Shown here: piece after piece, positions 1 through 11,284 of the stretch | Position numbering within the stretch: the stretch's first letter is position 1 | Layout: the number at the start of each line of letters is the position of its first letter | Source of the DNA: Gonapodya sp. JEL0774 | Taxonomy: Eukaryota | Direction: 5' to 3' | Length of the DNA stretch: 35,725 bases | Assembly (NCBI GenBank): GCA_027604505.1 | Contig: JADIIX010000010.1 | Location: 248,001 to 283,725 of the forward strand | The notes under the pieces: model-generated | Told to the model about the DNA's origin: nothing | Databases searched by the model: none | What the model saw: only the letters and a program-made list of their open reading frames with translations | Position numbers and translations under genes: made by a program

Positions 1-1072
1 ACACAATCCTTCAACTATCACTGTCACCGTCCTTAGCCCCCGCGTTCAAGCTCCAATGCCAAGCTCGATGTGCGCAACTGCTGTTACTAGTCTGGTTTGT
101 GACAGGCGCAAAGGGCGGAGCTGTGAAGGTGGATAGCAAGTTGGGGTCGGGAACTTTTGCAAGTGACTGTAGGTGTGGCGCGCGGGATTGGCATTTTTGG
201 CATACCTCGCCTTCAATTTTGGACATTCTCAGAAGTGATGACTTGAAGGGCGGTTTTTTCGTTGCAACTTCAATCCAGTTCTTTCAACAAGCTTATGGCA
301 TCAAACCATACAAAATTTTTCAACAACTCCTTTTAAAAAGTATTTGAAAACGAGTAACGACATGTCGAAGTTAGTTCGCCCCAAAGTTTTTTGAATGGAT
401 AACTATAGGTGGTGTTGAGTCCGATTCACCATACCGTAGACAGCTCACGTTGTGAGTTTCGATTGTCTTCCTTCTTTTCACGATCTGGAGCACGGGGCTT
501 GTAGATAGACTAGGCCGCCGCGGGTCACTTATTCTTTCTCAGTCATTACTTTCAGTGGCGTCCATTGCCATCGGTGAGTTCGGTGATAGATGACTTTCAG
601 TCTTCAGCGACAGGCAACATGTCCGTTACCGTCATAATCTAGTTGTAGCGGGCAAGAAAACCGAGTCCCAAAATGAAGCAGAAGATATTTCACCGTCAGT
701 AATTATAACGACGGCAGGGATCTTTCTTTTCTCCGGTGCATATCACTTGGGCTTGGCTTCAGTACCAAAATTGCTTATGTCTGAGATGATGCCTACGCGG
801 GTTTTGGAAACCGCGCAAGCAGCGGGTGTGGGAACATATTGGTCAGTTTTGTTCTGGATTATTTTCTTCTCCCCCAGGCCCTTACTGGTAGCATTGTCCT
901 CGAAAGGGTTACCAACGCCGTCATCTCTTTCCTTACCCCACCACTCGTGGATTCAATACGAGTATCGATTTTCTGTGCTTACGTTCTAACCAACGGCCTC
1001 GGTGCAGTGTTCACGGCCAAGGTTTTGAAGGAGACAGCCGGACAAAGTTTGGAGCAAACAACTCGACAATAA
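1..1072 (+). pseudogene. Sugar-porter (MFS) transporter, 3' part, apparently disrupted; begins upstream of the window
   Basis: Family motifs occur in order: IQFFQQAYGI (TM7, ~271-302), LVDRLGRR (~498-521), LGLASVPKLLMSEMMPTR, and C-terminal KETAGQSLEQ before TAA 1070-1072. There is an in-frame TGA at 453-455 in the TM8 exon and a probable frameshift near 304. Confidence 0.65.
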
Positions 1073-1197
1073 GTTAGAGATGAAACCAAGCGAATGCGTT
1101 TCCGAGGACAAAAGAAGAACAGTAGTTTAACAGAGAGATTAGCGGTGTAGATAGACAGTGCAGTTGCTTAATCGAATCAATTATTTGCTGTACTGCT

Positions 1198-3135
1198 TCA
1201 CACGTTCTCCTCAAAATCTACTTTTGCCGTTCGTCGGATGATGTCCTCATTCAGATTCCATATCGCGTCAAACAATGCGATCCTGAATGTGCCTGGCCCG
1301 TTCACCGCGAGTGGAGTTGTGCCGGAAACGCCCGCCTCCGCCATTTCACTGGCTACGCCCATTGCAACGAGAGCCCCCACAGCGCCCACAAACGGGTCGT
1401 CGCGACACACAGCGGCGAACGCACCTGTAAGCGCTGCTACCATACAGCCACTAGCGGTGATGGTCGGGAGAAAGTGAGACTTATTGTGGACACGAGCCAA
1501 GCGCCGACCATCGCTGACGTAGTCGGGCTTGCCCGTCATTGCCTGTTACAAATTTGTTGGATTAACAGAAGTTACAGTCGCGCAAGAGGTCCATGTGATA
1601 TGCCCAAACAGTTCGTCAGTAACTCACGACCACCAAGCCTTTACTCTGGGCCAAAGTCGCCACCATCGCATCAGGGCCCTCAACTGCACCCACAGAGTCC
1701 ACACCCCTACTCTGTGCGCCTTGTTGTCCTGCGATCGCCGCTATTTCACCTGCATTTCCACGCAAGATTGTGACTTTGTAGTCGTCCAGGATGGTAAGGG
1801 CGGTCTTCATTCGAAGAGCTGTTGCACCTACCCCGACCGGGTCAAGAACGATCGGGGTGGCAATGGAGGAGGCTTTGGTGGCGGCGACCTTCATGCCTGC
1901 ACAGCAATTTCGAAAGTGTATGGATATCGCATGTCGGCGAAAGCCCTATGTGGACACCGCAAAGCACATACCTTCAATGAACGGCGGGTAGAGTGTGCCG
2001 ATATTCAAAACAAGAGCACCGCAAAATGAAACAATTGTGGCAGCCTCATTTGTATCGTGCGCCATGATTGGAGAGCTGATTGGTGAAAACCAAGCAAGTC
2101 ATTTTCTTCGGTGCGCAACAAAACCGGCGCAGCCGAACTTACGCCCCAATGTGAAGAAGGATGTTAGCGGAATCTGGGAGTCACAAAGTTTGCGTGCATC
2201 AGAAGGGTCTGCGATGGCCATAAGTCTCCGCCTCACCATTCATCGCCACCTGCGGGGGCCAAGAGAATCATGAAGACCCAAACCAGCCCACGACGAACCA
2301 TCCAAATTAAGCTCACAAAATTGGTAATGTTGTGTACAAGCGGTGTTTTTTCCCTGATCAGTTTGAGCGCAACGATGACTTTGTCCACAAGGTCAATGTG
2401 GGGTTTCAAATTGTCGGGTTGAGATGATTCTGCTGCGCCGTGTGCGCCGCCAACCACAGTTTGTCGGTGGGTCATCACTTGATTTTTGAGTTGGCTAGCG
2501 GCCTCCGCCGCGTTGATTTTCGAGATTATGGCGGAAACCACGGCGAGGCCTGCGATACAGGTGCCTTTCTCCGTCACTGTGTCGCGTAATACTTCAACGG
2601 CGTTCGTTGAGTTGATGCCACCAATAGCAACAATGGGAATTGGCCTTATCGACGATTCTATCACCCTCAGCAAGTCTTTGACACCATTAACGCCGATGGG
2701 TTTACTCTCTGGCTTGGTCGCAGTGGAGAACACGGCACGGCTGCCGATATAATCAGCACCACCGGCAATAGCTTCCGTTGCATTCTGTGGTGTCTCCGCT
2801 GTTACGCCAATAATTTTATCGGGGCCCATTATCCTGCGAGCCTCCCTCACTGGCATATCGCTCTGTCCAACATGGACTCCATCAGCACCAGCTGCCAGTG
2901 CCACATCAATGCGATCGTTGATGAGAAGGGGAACATCATGATTGTGACAGATCGGGATCAAAGATTTAGCCAGGCTGATAAAATCTCGAGTATCCAGATT
3001 CTTCTCCCGCAACTGCACAATCGTGACTCCCCCCCGGAGGGCGGCCTCCACCTGGGTGACGAGCGAAACACCGCTAGGAAGCAGAGACGAGTCTGTAACG
3101 AGGTAGAGAGATAAATCAAACGGAGGTGGTGCCAT
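1198..3135 (-). CDS. THI6: Bifunctional thiamine-phosphate synthase / hydroxyethylthiazole kinase (6 exons)
   Basis: ThiE domain (DLSLYLVTD, VQLREK, LLINDRIDVALA, DGVHVGQSD, VAIGGI) fused to a ThiM domain (PLVHNITNF|VAMN|DSANILL, LVLNIGTL, PIVLDPVGVGA, RGNAGEI, TASGCM, GPGTFRIALFDA). ATG 3135, TGA 1198-1200. Confidence 0.95.
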
Positions 3136-3424
3136 TTTTTTCAATTGGCAATGATTGGCATTCTCTGTGCTCTAGTTGAACGACGTGCACCATATGTAAT
3201 TATGAGCGAATCTTTCATGTAAAAGTATGATCCGCATATACATTAGCATTCATAAATCATCACCAGCGAATTCGACTACGTTTCGGCTTGTATTCATCAA
3301 CTGTCTGAGATGACCTGGTTCCATGTGCATTTCCATCATCCTCAATAGAAGTGGCGCAGTCACCATTTCTGCTGCCATTCCAGTGCACCATCAGTTTCCA
3401 TTTCAGTTTTCACCTCAAAGCACA

Positions 3425-4839
3425 ATGTCGGCACCAAAAACAACACTCTATATCACTGGAATCGACTCGAACACCAAAGCCCGTGAACTTGCAGAGGTCT
3501 TCGAACGGTTGGTGTTCAGTGGAGAGCGATGGCACACCTCTCCATTGCTGCGCGCGTCCGCAACGAATCGGCTGAACAAGCCTAAAAGCCGAGACAAGTC
3601 GTTGCAAGTCGTCAAAGGGGAGCTTTGCAAGTCGGCCATCCATAGTCTGGTCTTAAGTCGTCGATTGTCGACATATCGAAAGTCAGAGACCCTCGTCGCT
3701 CACAACAACAGGATTCTCGTGGAACATTATTCAAGTCCGGCGCTAGCGCCCTTTGACGAGAGGGGGAGCGTCTACCGAACTCGCGCGTGCCCGTTCTCGC
3801 GCGCGGTGATCTCTTCGCGAGACAGAACTGTGCGCTGCCCATTACGAAAACCTCGCATAGAAACCTATTCGCTACTGAATTGCTGATGTCCGTTCCCTCT
3901 GATTTTCCGGGACTCGCTTTCCCTGATGACTGACTGCGTTGTGCGCGGTCTCCCCTCGGCGATGTTGTCATTGCGCCACCCGCTCAACAACTTCGATTCC
4001 TCCGCAATCAAATGTACTCGTTTAGTCACGGCAAGCTTCTTCGCTGCGACATCCCGATGCCCAAGACGGGTGGTCAGCCGTGAGTATACCAGGTGTCCGC
4101 ATATTGTGAGCTGCTTGTGATAATCCCATATCGTTTCCATCCAGTTACGCCTTCATTGAATTCCAACACCCAGCCGACGCCGAGCATGCGATGAAGCAAG
4201 GCGTACAATACAATGGAAAGTCGATCAATCTCGAAGTACGTATCAGCACGGTTCGGCGACGCGTAGCAACGGTTTCCAGATGGTGTGGAATCGTCGACCG
4301 AAACTGGTTCTCAAGTGGATCGCGCAATGTTGGTCAATCAGGACGACGATTTTTCACGTTGCGACCATTCGTCATGAGATCGATAACGTCGAGCAGTTTT
4401 CGCCGCGACTCGATATCAAAGCTTCGCTTCTAGCACATCGTCGTCGTGTTCGTCGCTCTTCGCGTACCAATCGTCGTTCCCCCGGGCACTTCTGTTTCGC
4501 GGTTTTCGACCCAACTAAATACTCTTTTCGCGATGCATTTCTCAGTGGGCTCGTCGTGGTCCCCCCCAAGCTGCGCGCATTCCGCAGCGATCGCCTCCTC
4601 GTCGCCGTTCGCCTACTCCGCCTCCTCGGCGCTATTCACGCTCGCCGCCTCGTCGTAGCTACAGAAGTCCGTCTCCTCGCTCACGCCGCGACTATGAACG
4701 CCGCGACGACTACGACAGGCGTCGTGATTACGACAGGAGGGATGATTACGATCGTCGTCGCGATGATGACGACTACTCGCGCAGACGGGATTATGACAGG
4801 CGCTACGATTACGAAAGGAGGAGATCGCCATATCGATGA
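3425..4839 (+). CDS. SR-family pre-mRNA splicing factor (single RRM plus RS/RD tail), 173 aa
   Basis: Exons 3425-3507, 4026-4079, 4145-4235 and 4546-4839 join in frame: MSAPKTTLYITGI...HGKLLRCDIP...PYAFIEFQHPADAEHAM...INLEWARRGPP...RSPPRRRSPTPPPRRYSRSPP...(RRDDYD)n...RSPYR*. RNP2/RNP1 motifs are present; it resembles S. pombe Srp1-type proteins. Confidence 0.9.
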
Positions 4840-4888
4840 ATTTAAGGCGGAGAATGTATACATTACTGAATCATAACATGAGTTCCTG

Positions 4889-7777
4889 CTATTTCCTTGT
4901 TCTCGAGCGTTCGCGAGAGCGAGGCCTTTCACTTCGTTCTCTACTGGACGGTCGCGTTTCTCTGCTAGGCCGCCGCCTTTCTTTGCTTCTCCGCCGCCTC
5001 TCTTCACGAGATCGCGAGCGCTCTCTTCTCTCCTCGTAGTGCGCCTGCCCTATTCTTGTTTCCCTGTCCCTTTCTCGATACCGCCCGTTCGAATCAGCAA
5101 AATCGCGTCGGCGCTCATCAGGAGAACCTCGATCCAATCGAACATCCCTTCTGCTCTCGCCGGGTGGTTCAGCAATCCATTTGCCTTGATTCTTAGGGTT
5201 CACATTCACCTCCTTGGAAGCGGAGTTTTGCCCCCCCATTTGTCGGATATCGGCCGACGCGGGACCACTGGGCTGTTGGGTAGTCCATTCCTCCCGCGAC
5301 TTTGTGTCCTTCTTGGCCGCATCAACGATCTTCCCGCCCGCGTGGAGAGCGATAGTGCGATCTTTGGTACCACCCTTCTCGGCCAGCGCTTGTGCTATGG
5401 CGGCGCGAATGTGCTGCAGAAGCATATTGTCTCGCTCCTTTGGACTATGGTCAAACAAGATGTACCGCGCATCCTCCTACAAACCAAAAACTCAAACTAA
5501 CGTTTCCAAGGTCATTGTGAACGGAAGCTTACCTTCAACACCTCTCTCACTTCTGCTGCATCAATGCCCTCCCACACTCTCTGTTCACCAATCGACACAG
5601 TTTCAACTAGTCCTGTGGCAACATCACCCAAACTTCCCGCGGCGCCCTTTGCTTCTAGCTCTGCATTTACAGCAGCTTCAGCGTTAAGAACTGCTTGCTT
5701 GACATGAAAGCGAACAAAGTTGTTTTCTCGAACCATTTCCATAAAGTCGTCCCTTGCTTTATCCAACCGCTCCCGCATATGCTGTTGAAAAAGGCGAGAA
5801 AGCTGTTCCTCTCCCAAGCCGAGACGCGTGACTACCGGCTCTTCCTTCAGTCGGGGATAAATATCCTCAAAACTCGAGTCAAGACTGGATGAAGAGTCCA
5901 CTACTGCGAAAAATGCTTGCATCCGTTTCTCAAATATGTTATCGAGATGGCGGCGAAACATTTCATGACGAAAATGCTCTGGAAGTGCAGCAGCAGAAAG
6001 TTGAGACCATCGAGAATCTTTCTTGAGCTTCAGGAGTGCTTCTTCATATGTGGACTGATAAAGAGTGTGATTTAGTGTGGCAACAGGATACACAAAAATG
6101 CACTGGTACCTGATGGCTGCGAACGAAATCAATCAACAGAGTTTGATACAATCGAACTGCTTCATCTCTTTGAAGCATATGTCGGGATCCAACAATTTCT
6201 CTCCGTTGGGAGGATGATTCACGACGCAGCTGTTCTTGCCTGTCGCGAACCGCGGCTTCTTCCCTTCAGAGCACCAAAAACGTGGTAGTGCGTCGGACGA
6301 ATCACAGAATACATAACTACACACCGCGCTTTTCTCTCCACTCTCCGCATTTCCTCCTCATGCTTTATTTTCTCCTCATCACGCTTGCCTTTCAACTCTT
6401 TCGAGTAAGCCCGAAACCAATCTTCACGATCCGCGGGATTCACCACTGCCTCATACCGAGAATCAGCTTGGATCAGCAACCTCACCTTCCCCACGAATCC
6501 GACAGAATTAGCGGTGCGCTTCACTCCTACAAAAGTCGTAAAACTTACATCACGCCAACTAGAGGTGGATGTGATTTTGTCATTCTCTGACAAGAGTGCA
6601 ATGAAATCAGCCTTCTCCCTTTCTTTGGCTGGAATTAGGGTACGTGCGGTCAGGGTTTCCATGACGGAAAAAGCAAATCGTGCAAAAACACTGACCTTCC
6701 TTCAAGCCTTTTACATGCTCTTCAAACAACGTCTCTCGGTCTCGCATCTCGGGAACCGACCTGAACCTTGGGTCAAATCTCCATTTCCGGGAAAAGTCAG
6801 TCCATTTGGATTTGAGAGTAACTTCTTTGTCAAGAAGTACTTTATACTGAGCGAGGCGCTTAGAATCTACAGGATGGAGCAAAGTCAGTCCTGTGACACC
6901 ATTCTCGTGGGAGGTGCCGCCTTCGCGTGCAGTCTTCTTCTTCTCGTCAACAAGCTCGGCCGCTCGAACACGACAAAATTGATCAAATATCTCTTGTCGT
7001 TCACGCAACGGAACATCTGTTAGACAGAACGTAAGAATAGTGGAGTCGCGGCAATCGAAATTTGAATGCCAACTCACATCGATATCGAGGATCTTTTGAA
7101 ATTTTGTGCACTTCCGTTACCCACATTCCATATGGGTTAACATTCTTCTCGCGCATGAGTTGCTGTATTTCTTAACAGTGTCAATGTAAAACCAGAAGAA
7201 ATAAACCGAATGAATGCGAGTCTCACTTTGAATTCAGTAACCCTCTGCTCATGCGTGAGGGTGGCTCTCATCTTCTTATCTTCTTCCCCCATGGCTGCTT
7301 CTGCTTCTTCCTCTTCTTCCTCTTCCTGTGTCCTCCGAACCTTTTTGATGTGCGGTGGAGCAGGTTCTGCTGCTGTGTCCGATGCTGGGCGCTTCTGACC
7401 ATGGTCAGAAGGTTGCGAGTCTCTAGTAGGCACTCCAATTGAGGCTTCCGCAGCGTAAGATGATTGCATATCTGGAGCGATACGATCCTCTTCACTTCTC
7501 CGTTTGCCCTCTTCCTGCAATTTTCGGAGGATGTCTGCGATCTCTGCCGGTACATCCCAAACTGACATCTTTGTTTCGAAATCGTAGAAAAACTCATAAT
7601 TGGATGGTGCTGTTACGATTATTGCCCAGGATGATTCGGGAAGACGCTTCCTGTTAAACCAGATCAGACCTCCGAAATGAGAATCAGCTTCAATGAAGCG
7701 CTATTGAAAAGGACAGCTTACGAGCCAACCGGCTTTTCTCCAGAGAGGTCACGCGACGATCCTGCTGACAGAGCCAT
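4889..7777 (-). CDS. TCERG1: TCERG1/CA150-like WW + multiple FF domain transcription/splicing factor with RS/RE-rich tail
   Basis: Spliced N-terminus EKPVGS|KRLPESSWAIIVTAPSNYEFFYDFETKMSVWDVP resembles TCERG1 WW3. FF repeats follow (KSKWTDFSRKWRFDPRF...RETLFEEHV; KADFIALLSE...SSWRD...DSRYEAV), then C-terminal RRERSRSREE. Start ATG 7777 is inferred. Confidence 0.85.
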
Positions 7778-7920
7778 CCTGGTGGATTGAATGTGGATTT
7801 GTACGTTCAGCTGGATCCAAAGCTGGACGCCCAGATGTGACACTGGTCGCAAAACTCATTTCATTATTTTCTATTGCATATTCGCATCTAGATGGACAAA
7901 CTAAACTAAATATGTACACA

Positions 7921-10900
7921 TCATGGTATAGGCAGAATTAAAGCCAAGAGAAGGCTCCGCATCGTCATCCAACTGGGAAGAGAGCAACTTAATGGTCTGT
8001 AATATCTACTCCGCCACTGAAACTGACGTACATCACGAAAATCCAGATAGCAACCGGAAACAAAGCGTAAAGATCCTAAAGAGACGTGTTGGAACAGGGA
8101 CTGTATGCCATGAGTAACCACAGATTTGCACATCACTTACAACTCGCAATTCGTTCATTACGAAAAAGAACACGACCGTGGACATAGCTAAGAGAACACT
8201 GTGAGCTCAACGCGATTTCAAACCATACAACCCAACTAACCGAGCAACATGTCCCATTTGCTTGCTAAGAACTGCCAGAAGAAGGTTCCCCGTCCAGCTT
8301 CATCCAGAGACATTGCAATGAGTACTCCTTGTTCAAAAAGCAGGACTGCCACAACAAATGTACAGTATTGGCTATCGCTGCTCATTTGATATTCATGTTG
8401 AACTCACCTGCGATGGACCGTCCTCGATAGTATTCCGCGGCGGTCGTATCGTGATAGTCCGCTACAGTGGTTCCGTTCACCACAAGCAATGCGACAAGAT
8501 TCTATAAAGTTAATTACAGTTTGAGCGTGTGATTAGCCGTAAAGCTAAAGGAAAACTTACCTTCCCGTCCACTCCCCAAATGCCAATACTTCGCCAAACA
8601 TAGTCTAGCCTCCACTCCCACCACCGGTCTCTATTTTGTGCAAGTATCCCATTGAATATGGAAATGCCCTCTCCTTGATTAGTGTCGGAAGCAGAATGTT
8701 GTAGTGCGGACAGGAATGCGGTGTGCGCCATGTTTTGGCGGACTCCGCTCCGCCGAGAAAACACAAGAACATCGTTAGCTTCCGTGACCACACAAAGTCG
8801 ATCCCCAGAGTCATCTAGTGCAGCAGCCTCTACTTTGAGAGAGACACCCTCCACTCTAAAGAGCTCCGTCCGAGTAAGTTTGTACTCTGCTTCAGGTTCC
8901 GGGGATTGGGACGCGACGGGACTCGCGGACAGTGGGCTATCAGCGGAGGTTTCTTCCAAAGGATGATCAAGGTGCCCCAAACGGCTGCCAATTCCGTTGG
9001 TATGGGGGCCACTACGTGGTGGGTGCTCGGAAAGAGAAGGATGTGAAAATTCTCTTTCACTTGACAGCGCTTCTTCTGACGGATTATGCTGATACGTATT
9101 TCATTAGTGTAGGTACTTTGAAGCATAATGGAAACACCATGTCGGGATAAATAATTACCGAATTACGAAGACCAGCCACAGGGTTTACTTCTGGAGGTGA
9201 GGGTGGACGAAAGTCGATGGTTACAATATGATTATGGAATAAGAAGCTGACCGATTTCATTCCCCGAGAAGTCGCTGACAGGTCCGACAGTGAGTGAGTC
9301 GTCGACGTTGAATGCGAAATCAAGAACTTGATAAGCACCAATTACCGGCTTCTTGAGGAAGTAATATGCATCAGGGTCTTGTTCATTCAAAAACGGCTCA
9401 TTATCCAGGCTCAAAGGCACCTCAACCTATGTACAGAACGAAATAAATTACTGTGCCCGACAGCAGAACTCAATATCTGACTCACTTCGAGTAGAGGTTC
9501 ACTCTTCAGCCAAGAACTTCGCGTCGCTGCGAATATAGTGGAACAATGAGGTTCCACAATCGTCCTGAAACAACGAATGTACACCGACTCTCGTCCCGAA
9601 CATCTACATAATAGATGTTGACCTCAAAGACAATGTTGTCAGACTTGAGAGTGTATTGAATGCTCAGAACTGCAAAGCCATCCGTAATATCAGTGGGAAC
9701 CTCTCGTAGCACCAGGAGTCGTGTGGATGAAGTGGGGTCTAGGAAGATAATTGGAAACTCTAAGCTTGTATTATAAGAAACGGGCTTGTCGGGCAAGAAC
9801 GCGCACCATGCCTTGGTCCAGTGAAACCCTTCGGTAACGCGAAGGTTTCCTGAACCAGTTTTGGTGTCTCATGTAGCCACACATCTCCCCCTTTCTCCGC
9901 ACTGGGAACTTCCTCCAGATTGCCTCCTGCACGCGGTAAGCGAGACACAATTCCATCAACTCCCAAAGGAATATATCGCCACATCGCGTTCTCCCATTTC
10001 CGAGCATATAGAAAAGAGCCGTTCCAACCATATGAGAATCGAGACACCCAGGTGGATCCTGGGAATGAAAGTATCCGAAATCGAAAAGCAGGGAAGTTAC
10101 TACAAATTTGTGGAAGTGACGAAGATAGAGTTTCGCGCGTATGTTGTCCCATGTTACGCTTTGTTCGGAGAGTGCAAGGAGAGTCTTGCAATAACACCAA
10201 ATCAACCACAGTCAACGCTTACTTTGCCCCAAACAAAATCACGTACTTTTATGTGCAATTGGTAGATCCGGATCAAGCTGACCGATCTCATACTGTAATA
10301 CCTTGTACCTGGTGCCAGCAACTTTCACTCAGTCGCTCTCAGCAGAACTGGTTTGAATCAAATGTTTCAAGATGTGGCACTTACTCCATTTCTTCGTTCT
10401 CCACAACGTGATATAGCGCGGTTACCATTGAATTATTTCCATCCTTCCTCGTGAGGGAGAGCTGATCCAAAGGACCTTGTAGACGATGAACGGTCCTAAG
10501 TGCGAAGTTCGTCGGTGGTTCTTCCCCCGAGATGCGAAGAAGTTTTGAAAGTGGGAAATCGAATTGCGAGACAATCGCTAACGCACGATATGAGAGTTGC
10601 CAGAAGGATAGAAGATTGCGTCGGCGGAAGCCCGAATGCAGAATAAAAAACCTTGAGGCGCTTACTGACACCCTAGTCTTCCCTCGTTCTCCATCCAAAC
10701 ATCCGGATCCCCGTGGAACACTGTCAAGGTATCGTTCCAAACCTCCATCTCAATCCAATCACTCTTAAGCTGCCGCCCATTAGGAACCATTTCTTCTAAG
10801 TTCGTGTCAATTTGAGCAATTATATTGGGAGAGGCGTAACTTGGATCGTGGATAAGGCTAAAATTCGTTGAGAACCTGTCCAACCACTCCACTGGGAGGG

Positions 10901-11119
10901 GAAAGAATGTCCGAGCAAAAAACTTACACAACGATGTACATAAAACAGATGCCTAGACATGCAAAACCGCAGAAAATGGGTGAACGATCATCTCTCCTGT
11001 TCACGATGGGCACGAGAATCGATCCTGGGGACTGCATCTCATCCAAAGCCCCTGGACCGATTATTGAACTGACCGACAATGCCAATGATGGCTGCCCGCG
11101 CGAAGTTCGGATTGCTCAT
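7921..11119 (-). CDS. Uncharacterised multi-exon membrane protein (N-terminal signal anchor, large extracytoplasmic domain, C-terminal TM helices)
   Basis: A chain of minus-strand exons with GT/AG junctions. Predicted N-terminus MSNPNFARAAIIGIVG|ICFMYIVV|FSTNFSL. Predicted C-terminus FFWQFLASKWDMLL|AMSTVVFFFVMNELRV|DLYALFPVAIWIFVI|WMTMRSLLLALILPIP*. No family recognised; alternative start at 11037. Confidence 0.6.
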
Positions 11120-11230
11120 TTCCGAGTATCATTCATATTGTTGTACTCTGAGGACTTGTTTTCGACTTAGTGAGGCATGTATCTTCATCCACCTTCAGTT
11201 TGTCATGTCACATCATTTTTTTGTAAAGCA

Positions 11231-11282
11231 TCTTTCGTTTGATTCACATCTAATTTTTCTTTTGTTTGAATCACATCTAATT
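11231..11282. repeat. Imperfect tandem duplication of a 25-nt unit
   Basis: TCTTTCGTTTGATTCACATCTAATT (11231-11255) and TCTTTTGTTTGAATCACATCTAATT (11258-11282), immediately after the CSE1 stop. Confidence 0.8.
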
Positions 11283-11284
11283 AC

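Noticed and set aside
453..455. In-frame TGA as selenocysteine (some early-diverging fungi use Sec)
   Set aside because: It lies in a transporter TM helix with no redox motif, I see no SECIS downstream, and other lesions point to a pseudogene.
1198..3424. TPP riboswitch in or upstream of THI6
   Set aside because: No CTGAGA...ATACC...GAACCTGAT...TAAT core on the THI6 strand in the introns or leader. The CTGAGA at ~3305 is on the wrong strand and lacks the rest of the aptamer.
4280..5687. Long alternative-frame and antisense ORFs (4280-4876, 4681-5007, 5039-5500, 5214-5687)
   Set aside because: These are shadows of the repetitive RS/RD-coding exons of the two splicing-factor genes.
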